Origin: Convolutriloba macropyga
Taxonomy: Eukaryota
Assembly (NCBI RefSeq): GCF_964194025.1
Contig: NC_134478.1
Coordinates: forward strand, 8,866,001 to 8,930,000
Reading direction: 5' to 3'
Length of the DNA stretch: 64,000 nt
Shown: in pieces, positions 25,421-35,899 of the stretch
Layout: the number at the start of each line of letters is the position of its first letter
Numbering within the stretch: the stretch's first letter is position 1
Notes under the pieces: model-generated
Told to the model about the DNA's origin: nothing
The model's input: the letters and a program-made list of their open reading frames with translations, nothing else
The model's database searches: none
Position numbers and translations under genes: made by a program

Positions 25421-28400
25421 AAAAATCCAGGGTCTTTTTTATAAACAAAAAATTTCAAAGGTCATAACAAATATAAGCGTCAACTAAAAGAAAAGACAGT
25501 TTATTTTGCAACGTAATAGAAAACTAGGTGCGCCTGTTATGATTAAGACTAAGTCATAAGACTGCAAAATAACTCAAAAATTTCATAAACAACTTTACGA
25601 AACCAGAGTGCTTAAACCATTGAAATTATCAGATATTTACCGCAAGAAGATCAAATCATCACTTGTGCCTCCATTGAACATCATAAAATCTGTTTGTAAA
25701 AAAACTATCCCAAAATGACAACAAAGTGTCCATAAACATTGAAAAATATCCAAAAATTAAAAACAATTTAAAAATATTGATTAAATCCTTAGGACATAAG
25801 TCAAAACGAACAGAGAAACTACGGTTTGGTCCAACAGAAAGAAATCAAGATCTATAAATAATCAGGCTAAGCTACGAAAGTAATACGAAAGTAATTATTG
25901 ACAATTTTTTTCCTTTTCAGACTCACATTTTCGAATAAAATTAAATTGAAAGGCAAAATAAAACAATTAGCTATATACAGGTAACATTTATTAAGTTCAT
26001 TTATATATCCGTAGTTGGCCATTAAGTTCTTTTGTTTCCCCAAAATATGGCACAAAACAATAAAAAATAACAACAAAAACAAGGCAAGCTCATAATAAAG
26101 ACTACCAAATTCTGCTAGAGAAGGTAGTCGCTGCCCTTAAAACCATAAGTTATAAAAGCAATAGGTATGTTCAATTGCGTAATTTACGCGCTCTTATTGA
26201 TTGAAATTTTCAAAAATGTGACAATTAATTCGAGAAACATAAAGAGAACATCGCAAATGGGCAAGTATGCATAAAACACACAAAATTTTGTATGAGAACT
26301 CGTAGTACCAAAACCAAGAAGCTGCTATTAAATAAAAAACGCTACAAAGAAAAGTTTGTGTCTTATATGAAAGAAACTTGATCTGTGTATGCTGAGAATA
26401 AGCTAACAGTTGACAGAAATGAGGTTTAAAAAAATGACAACTTAAAAAAATCAATACACTTTTCTCAAAAAAATTTTATTCAATGACATAAGATTAAAAT
26501 CAAATGCATTGCATAGGTTCAATTAAACCTCTTGAAGAAGCCATATGGATCCTTGATTACTGAGAATCAGTGATTAGACTGCAAAAAAAAGACAAATGAA
26601 GGTAAAACACAAGAATGGTCTTAAAGTTTACTAAAACTCTTCGTCAAAAACTATAAAAACGATTAGATTTTCTCTGAAAATAACTATATGTACACTCGGC
26701 TTCATTTTGATAAAAATGGGAACTGTCTTTAATTGAGCCGTGAATTGAAAATTTTGCCAGTAATGTACTTTAAAAGCAATGAAGCAAATCTATTGAAAAT
26801 TAATCCAATGTCTGTGAAGTAGATCACTCGGTAAGTTAATAATTTCATAAATAGAAAAAAAGAAGTTGCTTTTTAATAATTATTGTTATTATATTATTAT
26901 ATTATTTTCTAAAAAACGGCGGAATTTTAAATCTAGAATAATTTTTTAGTTAGCTTAAATTAAACTAGCGTACTTTTGAAGTTTACGGAGTCAGTGTCAG
27001 CGGTTCTTAGGTCTCTACTGCTGGCAAACTGTATTAAAGTGGACCAAAAGAAGCATATTTTGTGCCGTTTTTGATGAAAAATGTTCGAAATGTCAAAAAT
27101 TTTAGCCAAAAAACATCAATCAATCAATTCAGCAACGATCTTCCATCTTTAACGAAAACAAGAAGTCTCTAACATTTAAAATTTTAACATTTTTTTTATT
27201 ATTTTAGCAGAAATTAGCCAAAGTTTGCGAAATTAACGCAAAATATGAATAAAAACTGTCGAATATTCAAAAAGCTTTAAAACTCGATAACTCCCTGTAA
27301 AAAACGAAATGTGAAAGTTTTTTTTTTAAAATCCAATATTCTAGTATCTACTTGCTTTCTAATGATGCCACTTACAACTCTCTACGATGAATATATCGAT
27401 CGGCCAAATGGACTGATAAAAAAAACCTATTTGAGTATAAAGTTCATCCCTCCCGACTGAGGGGGGGGGGGGGGGTCGGAACAAAAACATACATTTCAAA
27501 TTCTCAGCCGTCCTTATATTTAATTTAATTTACACATCGGCCAACGGTTTATACATAACACATTCAATATTTATATAGAGTGTTTGCAGTTCATACTTAC
27601 ATTCTCGGTTCATTTTCTGTTCGTGAGCATTATCTTAATAAAAAAAATTGTACTCAATTTCATAGCAATTACGTTTTTTATAAGATTCGTGTCTAACTTG
27701 TATTCCCAGCAAACATTGCTTTTTCGACTGGCAGCTCCTGAAGACGGGAGAACGAAGGCCGTAGACACCCACGATTCCACGTGTCCTCTCTGGTTGAGAC
27801 ATCAACTTTTGATAAAAGTGCAGCCGCTGATACTGCTTGTTATGAAAATACAAAGCACATCAGACCTAACCGGTCTAAAGAGGTTTTGTTCTAATTCGGC
27901 TCAATCACTAAAATGATTTTTAGGCGAATCCAAGTACATATTTGAGTGGATGAGAAGTTGGGGGGAGGAGGGGTAAAATTATCGAGGAAAACCTTAAAAC
28001 TTGAGGTTCAACAGCCAGTTCAACTCGAGCGAAAGTATTCTTACGAGTCTTTTCCCTATTCATGAAAAATAATTTTTATTATTCTGGTAAAGAACATTCT
28101 ATCAACAATTTTGATCAACCAGTGTCCTCCATTCAAAGCGTCTTTCGGTATTAAGTTCAATGTTCTCACTAGACGACAACTCAAAAGGCTTTTTGAGAAA
28201 AATTTTAAGGTCGACTTTTGAGGATATACAAAAATTCCCTCAGTTGATTTTTATAAAAAAAAAACGGTCAAAAACTGTGAAATGTTCTGAATCAAGAAAT
28301 GGATTCGTTTGGAGATATGAAAACAGAAAGACTTAAGGTAGGTTTTCATGAATCAAGCCATGTTTTACAGACCTTTTATAGGTATTCTAGTTTTCATAAA

Positions 28401-31249
28401 CCTCAGATCTTTAAATAATGTCAAAACGGAGATAAATGGCAATATATTACTCAAAACTATTACAGATTGCTTTAAAGAGTTCTTGCGTATCAACAAAATT
28501 GAAGCTCACTATTTCGCTGCAACATCGCTTTTCTAACTCCTAAGACGACTTGAGTACTTTTTCTTTTTCTTCTTTGTCTGGTTAAATTTTTATCTAAATT
28601 ATCTATTTTTCTGACCCAAGGAAATTGGTGAATCCATTGAATAGGTAAAAATTGGCCCTGGTCGTCAATTTTTTTTATATAAACTTTTTTCACAATTTTT
28701 CAAGGTTAGAGAAGCTTTCTGTTCGATAGTTCACTTTTAAAAAACTTTTGATGAAGTGTTATGCTACTTTTGATCAAAATGCAAAATTTTTTGATCAAAA
28801 TGTGATAAATCAAAGAACTACGGACCATGTGTGGTTAATCAAGGCAATGAAAATGCTCTTTATTGACATAAAAGAATCTTTCTGAGAAAATTTTCGTGGC
28901 ATAAAGCATATAGCCATTTTATAAATAGCAAGAATTTTACGGCTGTGATGAAATGTAAATGAACACTTCTATCCTGGGTGGAAGATTTTTCACAAAAATT
29001 ACAGCGAAAAGAGGGGAAAAAACATTATAAGGTTATTTCTTCCTTAATGAGAGTGAAAGCGCACTAATTTTGAATTTCAAAAATAAGAATAACAAAGCAA
29101 GAATGTAAATAAAAATGAATTGCATATTTGATTATGGAGTTTAAAAATAAGAATATGTATTTTCAGTGCGCTTTAAGGGGTCTAAATTACACTCTTTGAT
29201 CTAACCTCCAAATTTTTTTACACACTTTTTTACCGTTATTCTCATTTTTAATTTTTAAATTTTTAAATTATCTTTTTACCAAGTCTGTTTTAGGTCTTTT
29301 CCAAATCTTTTATGCTCTTATTCGATTTTAGCGAAAATCCTCTGCCACGGAAAAACCTACAAGTAAGATAAGAGAGATAATAAATGATAAATTGTGATTG
29401 ATTGATTGAATTGATTTAATTTTATGGTTGAGAGGACGACACTGTTCGGCATAGAAGATTATAGCACAAAGCGTTTAATAAGATTTTTTAAAAAAGTGTC
29501 CTAATTCCTTATCGCGTATACTCGACTCGCCAAAGCACATCACTTAAAAAGAAAAATTAACAACTGTAATTTTCACAAATTCGAATTAGAAAATCAATTG
29601 TTTTTAAATAAGTTGATATTGTATCCAAAACATTTTTAATGCCGATTTGACCGTAGCAACAAGGTAAAGTGAATAGAGTGACATTTCGCGTGTCTCTTCC
29701 TTCGAAGCCTTTGAAAATTATGACAATTTACAAAGACAAGGAGGCTTGGTAATATGCATTTGCGCATAATATTCCGACCCCGCTCATCCACTTTCTTGAT
29801 TTAATTGGTTCCCAAATGAGAAAGAGATAGAAACATTTATGCAACATACATATCGTTTAAAGAACCGCTAGTGGGATAAAAATAATGCCACGTTGGAGGG
29901 CCGACTAAACCTGATGTTAATATAAAAATCGGATACAAACTTTTGATTACGACCAAAAATCGATGTCTTTATTTAAAAAAATAATGACAAAATCAAACTC
30001 GCATCAGATAAAACCTAAACAAAACAATTTAACCAATACTTCACTAAAAGAGATATGGGAACTGTCTTCAATGCGACAGGGTGACAGGTCGACAAAAAAG
30101 AGCAATTCGGGGCAATGTTAAAATTAACTTTCTAAATTTGAAAGCAATTTATTTCAATTTGATTAAAATAATTAGATGTTATATGAAATCACTAACAAAA
30201 TCATTTATATCTCCATGGGAAGCAATTGAAATGTGTCATTATCCAGTGTACGCCAAAAAAAATGTCAAATAATGACAAACTCTTGAAATTTCATCTAAAC
30301 TTTGCGCGAAAATGGCAGTCAAGCCGTTAAAATCATAGGTTCGTCGCAAAGAACATTAAAAATGATCAATTTTGCAGTATTTCAAAACCAATACAACCTG
30401 CCATTATTTTTATAATTGAAAAAGATAGCAAAATTCCTAATAAATGCACAATTGTATAAAAATCACAAATTTTTATTTGAAATCTCGTAGTAACAGAGCC
30501 GAGAAACAAGTGATTGCAGCAATAGCCCTTATAACAGTCAAATTTTTACTCACTGGATTGTTTTGACCTGTATCCACAAGGGCTAAGCTACAAACCGACC
30601 AAAAAGTGGTCAAAAAATGTTTTGAAAACAAATATTTTCAAAAATCATATTGAACAAAAGATTTCAACAAAAATGAGATGTATTATAACCTCATGCCATT
30701 CATCAAAAACAGATAAAGAACAGAGAAATAAATATTTGAAGGATCAAAAACCTGTGAGACTCCTCATCAAGTTCACTTGGCTATATACTGAAATCTTTAT
30801 TGGGTTCAATTATAAGTCTCGGGGAAGCAATTTAGACCTATTATTACCATTGATATCGTACAACAAACGAAAGAATAAAACACAGGCAAAAAATCCAATA
30901 AATTTTGCTAGAGAACAGTGTCTCAGCCCAAAAAAACATGAACTGTTCAAAAGAAATACGATTAACATATTCATTTCCATGTTGTTTCAACGCTGTGAAT
31001 TTTTTCAATTCTCTATTCCTTCAATTGGGTTTGACAATAATGTGATATTTCGACAAGAATACAAGTGGAACCTATGAATTGTACCTATGAAAGAATATTG
31101 AGTAGGGTGCTACCGTCTGAGCCTATTTGTTTAAGCGAGAATTGATTCTCAACAAAAATGGAAATTCACAGATCGAAGGAAGATCACAAATTTTTAAGTT
31201 ATATGCAAAATTTAATAAAAACTGTTCCTGCTACTTACTATAGCAGCCA

Positions 31250-31800
31250 GTGCAATGTACTTGTTTTTTGATGCCGACATTTGATGAACTAAAGTTATTG
31301 TGATCTGTTGTGACTATTACTAGATCTCGGTCAAAAGTCATCAATTCAAAGCGCATTTCAATTTTTTTATGTTTCCTACAGGCTCAGAGAGTGAGTTTTC
31401 TTTTAAATTCTAGGTTTGTAACGGCTGCTCTCCTATCAAAGTCAAGGGAGAATTTTGCAGCACCCAGTTGGTTTCAGCGGTTTCAAATCTGTCCGGATAT
31501 TGTGTTTTCGCAGTTAACTTTTGTGAACTGGATTATCCGCTATACTGTACATTACCGGTGCATTACTTGTTGCTCAATTAGTCCTGATAACTACTTGTTC
31601 AGCTTTGCTGTATAACAAACTTGTTTCTCTCAGGATAACAAAAAATTCAAATTGAAACATTCATTTTTTTGTTGAGTTTTGGTTAATAACTCAACTTATA
31701 ATTCGAAATTGCAAAATCCCCTATGTCCAGCTCTGGGGCAGTTAATTTCTATATCCGCTGCGTTAATTTTTTCGGAGAGTTCTTCCCGATTATCAAGCTA
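31250..31800 (-). pseudogene. Fossil IS4-superfamily-like DDE transposase
   Basis: Manual translation gives AGHRGFCNFEL (DRGF-like), then AAVTNLEFKRKLTL*ACRKHKKIEMRFELMT (TN...Y-x2-R-x3-E-x6-K spacing, with Y, R and K substituted). Stops and frameshifts are present. Confidence 0.55.
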
Positions 31801-33138
31801 ACAAAAATAACAATATTGGCTTTTTATGCTTTTCAGTACACTCAGTTGCTCATAACGCAATTATTGAACTATGCTAGGATTCGTTAAAGCCAGTAAAAAA
31901 AACTGACTTTAGGCTTTCAACAAAGTTTCTCTTACATAGGAACTTCGTTCCTCAGAAGGAAAGATTGAGAAAATCAAAGTTAATTCGCTTTTCACAAGTC
32001 AAAGTCAAGTTAATTCTGTACAATCACCAATATGATCTACAGAAACAAAACACGATAACAAGCAATTTACCGCTCAAAAAAGTGTGATTCAATACGCACT
32101 GTATGTTAGTTTAAAAACAAACTTAACGAGTTTCAACTGATTTTTGGTAGTTTTTCAAGCTCTATTTATACCGCCGTACATGTCAAAATTGCTTCTCTGA
32201 TTGGTTGTAAATCACTTCAGGTTTGATGATTACGTACTAATAATAGTTACTGAATATAATTGTGGAACAAAGTGAACAAATCCATATGGCTTCGATAAAT
32301 TTAGCTGGTCATTCTATTCTATCTTTACTGCTTGAAATGGCTTTGAAGCGATACTCAATTTGGTTGTTGACTTATTAAGCTCAGCCAGCACAAGGTGATC
32401 ACTTTTCATAACGAGTAATTACCATCTCAAATCTTCTGATCATGGCTGATTGATACCAAAAAATATAAGTCTTGTTTAAAAAGTCAAGACATTGATACTC
32501 TCGGCAAAACGAGGGATGCTTAAACAAGATCGCGTGCAAAGACTTCATACAAAGACTTATACCTTATAGAATATCAATTTTGTTCGAAAAATTGCGAAGA
32601 TGTTATTTGTTTGAAGTGCATATGTTTAATAATATTCTAATAACAAATTGTTCGTAGTGCCAATACCGAACAATAGTAAAAAAAATACGAAGATTGTAAA
32701 AATACAATTGATTACAATGTTCGACACTGCAAAGATGCCATTGAACCTATCTGGTTTGTTTTTGGGGATCTCGCGGAAGAGTTGTCCAATTTTAGCTGTA
32801 AAAAAATGGTAAGGTATGAGATATCAGTTCGAATAGAGGTTAACTGTTGAAAAAAAAGATTTTTGAAAACTATTTTTTAAGGATCAAAAAGATTAGTTAA
32901 TTTGTTGTTTTCTCAAGGATAGATCATATCAACGCCTCAACGAGATATATCAAATCTTGTCTCATTGAGCTTCTGCAATATTTTCGGCAAAATGCATTTG
33001 AATGGCTTCAGAGTCAATTTGCCTTAGAAAAATGTCCGAAAATGTTTAAAGAAGTTTATCATCAGTCGTCTTCAAGAGCTCTGGTAAACTTTAACACTAC
33101 ACCCAAATATTAACAAGCGCGGTTGTACAAAACGACTG

Positions 33139-33374
33139 CCCGGGTCTTACAACAAATTCCACCCATTTTGTTGTAAGAGTGGGGAAGAGGTAGATTGATG
33201 TAAGAGTGAGGGGGTAATTTATCTTTTACCCCCTCACTCGTACATCATTTTAATCCCCTCGACAGGCCATTGAATCCCAAAGAGATTTAGGAGCTTTGAG
33301 CTGCATTTCCTTAAAGAATCCTCCCCTTGCAGCCCCACTCTTACATCTTTTTGGGCGAAAAAAATCGACCCGGG
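33139..33374. mobile_element. Short CCCGGGTC-terminated MITE, 2-bp TSD (TG), same family as the 14900 element
   Basis: TG|CCCGGGTC...GACCCGGG|TG. The reverse complement of its right ~110 bp aligns to 14900-15010. Confidence 0.85.
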
Positions 33375-33468
33375 TGTTTTAATTTAAAAGAGGCCTTGCA
33401 AAAACCCCAAAAGAGTGTAGAGCTTCATAGAAATTTTTTTCTTTTATTTTTTCAGATTAGTCCTAGAA

Positions 33469-33653
33469 TCATAAGGTCGAGGTCTCCACCAGGGCTGCGT
33501 TCTGGCTTCCAATTCCACCTTCGCTACTACTGGCACCTCCACCTCCACTCTCAGGTCCACATCTTTGCACGACTCCACCTGTATGTTTGTCTGAGTCAGA
33601 TGTGGAAGCGATAGAGGTGGATTGCTGTTCCAGCTGCTTGCTGGCAATCGAAA
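33469..33653 (-). CDS. Candidate terminal coding exon (S/G-rich tail ending ...ALVETSTL*)
   Basis: GC-richer island. Acceptor GTTTTTTGTTGCTCTAG| is followed by TT plus 60 open codons (SIASKQLEQQSTSIASTSDSDKHTGG...GGGGASSSEGGIGSQNAALVETSTL) and TGA. AATAAA lies about 20 nt downstream (33448-33443). This frame has no start codon, so it is absent from the ORF track. Confidence 0.55.
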
Positions 33654-33759
33654 CTAGAGCAACAAAAAACAGTCAGTCCAGTGTCTGATCAACTAATATT
33701 TGGTCGATGGATAACATAGCTGTAAAATTATACAGCCGCCCACCATTACAGCGGACCCG

Positions 33760-33942
33760 GGATCTTTTCCGTTTTTGGGATCTTCTCCGTTTGTGAACCC
33801 CCCCCCCCCCCGTAACGCTATGTACTCCCAGTTACAGAGCACATGTCATTACAGTAAATAATTATGTGAAAATATGGCACGTGCGTCTAGGGTTGCAAAT
33901 AATATGAACCCACTAGGCTGGGGGCACAAATGGAAAAGATAG
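33760..33942. mobile_element. Older copy of the 6948 MITE family with a doubled left end
   Basis: GGATCTTTTCCGTTT occurs at 33760, with a one-mismatch copy at 33778. The interior matches the reverse complement of 6948-7130. No TSD is recognisable. Confidence 0.8.
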
Positions 33943-35450
33943 ATTTTGTAAATTAGAGTGGTGGTGAAAAGTGTTTCAATAGGGTGAAAACAAAATCACT
34001 CGTTTCACTGTGCGAGCAGTGAGTGAGCGAGTTGTTGTAAAGATTGCCATAAACATGGCGGTGAAACTTTATTTTCACACTATTTTAAGTTTGGTGTTCA
34101 AATTTCTCTTACACAGAGATGTTGGCTCTGTCAATAGGCAACGAAAAAAGCATTCTGATCAGAGAAGCATCTAAAGTATGATGGCTCTGATCAGAACCAA
34201 AGGGGTCCAGCTGAAAAAAGTTATATACACAGTTATATACACAGTAAGAGAAGTTTTTTAGTTTATAAAAAAATGAGTTTGAGAAGTTCTTGTTAGGACC
34301 TAAAGTTCTATATAACTGCAGTAGAAGAGTTCCTCTGCCTCAGATGCACTCAGCCATTTCAAGTACCATGGAGGCCTTCTGTTGGCTGAAATTGACGTAT
34401 ACAAACGCTAGTGGATCGTTTTATTGGCTACCCTCGTGGAAATTGGTTAAAATGAGTGTGATAGTTTCTTCAGGTAAGTATAATGAATAAAAACAGAAAG
34501 ACAATATAAATGAAATGGGAAAACTTTAAATGCTCGATGGGCGTGGGTGGGACTCGCACCCACGCGTGTTGATGTTCTGTTCCTTTGAGGTAATAGTTCA
34601 CTGCACTAAGTTGACTTATGTTTCTCCAGGCTTTTCGATCCAAAGCTTCGTTCTTTCAATGTTTAAGTCGTTGCGAATTTAAAACGGAGATCGACAAACT
34701 GTTTTGAACTGTTTCGAACCGAAGCTCCCAGTTGTGCTGTTTTATTAGCGGTCCGCGCTAAGTGTCTTGTATGATGTTTCAAAAATTCAGTTTTCATTCA
34801 AATATGTTACTGTCCGCTTGAGTCAATTATAGCTAGGACTTAGATCGGTGGCCCTGATTTCAAATAGTCCTGCTTCGATGTCAAAAAAAAGATTGACGTG
34901 AGAAAAAACAACGGTTATGATTGATGAAGAGATGGAGAAAAAGAGTAAACAAAAACGTTGTTTCTGACTTAAAAAAGCATTATTATAAAAGTGACAGAAT
35001 TAGGAAATTAATAAAAAAAAGTGCTACGCTAACCTAAACAATAAAACCACTGAAACCAAACCATGCGCAGCACAAGAGTGAATTTTTTGTTTAATCTCAA
35101 AGACGTTTTCTTTTGAAATCAGTGGAGTGTTGAAGAAAATAGTAAAATACTCATCAACAAAGAAGAAATGAGAGGCTTCGAAAGAAGGCGTAAATGTTGG
35201 TGAATAACTACGCATAGAGATATTGATGACAGCCTGTGATCTGTTCAGCCCCGAATTGACTGGGCGAGCGGCTGGCCGAACAGATGAAGACAATTGAATG
35301 AGATGGACAGAGAAGGACAAAGACAGAATTGTATTCGCCCCCAAATTGACTAGGCAAGCGGCTGGCCGAATACATTTAACACGTCTGATTTTTCTGTTGT
35401 TTTCCATATTGTTAATATAGCGGGGAAAAATTATTTATTTTAAGGAAAGT

Positions 35451-35550
35451 TGGAGGCAACTGAGCTGGACTCGAACCGGGGTCGGAGAAAAGAAATCTTC
35501 TTTCTATCGTTAATAATCCACGCTTTGTTGACAACTGCGCCACATGCCTC
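35451..35550 (-). pseudogene. tRNA-derived pseudogene or SINE head
   Basis: GAGGCA TGTGGCGCAGTTG ... GGTTCGAGTCC ... TGCCTC: A and B boxes plus a 6-bp terminal stem, but the arms are non-canonical. Confidence 0.55.
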
Positions 35551-35899
35551 TTCTTCAAGACGTTAGAAGTTTGATGCAGTTCATTGGATGGAGGAAACGC
35601 CTCAAGAAAATAAATGTAAAGTTGCTGGAGTTGGAATCGAACCGTAGTTGTGCTTACTTTATTGAACCTTTTTCGACAGCTACTTTTGGTTATCCGACTG
35701 CCAGTTTTTCATTTGCACTATCAGTCAATCTGTTTTCATGTTTGCTGTTATACTTTTTTTTCCTGTTTCCTTAGTTTTCCTTTCTCAGTTTTTGCTTTTC
35801 TTCTGTCATTGAGCCCATTTCTGTTGTTTGAAAGATGAAGTTCTTTGATATTGAATTTCCGGGATTAAACTGGGATTGATCCTCCTTCTGTTTAGTTGA

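Noticed and set aside
33444-33647. Listed 67-aa minus ORF and 95-aa plus ORF
   Set aside because: The third frame (S/G-rich, ending ETSTL*) looks more protein-like. This is preferred rather than proven.
35451-35550. Functional tRNA genes here and at 10531, 15503, 2771 and 34540
   Set aside because: A/B boxes are present, but no canonical cloverleaf or anticodon arm could be folded.
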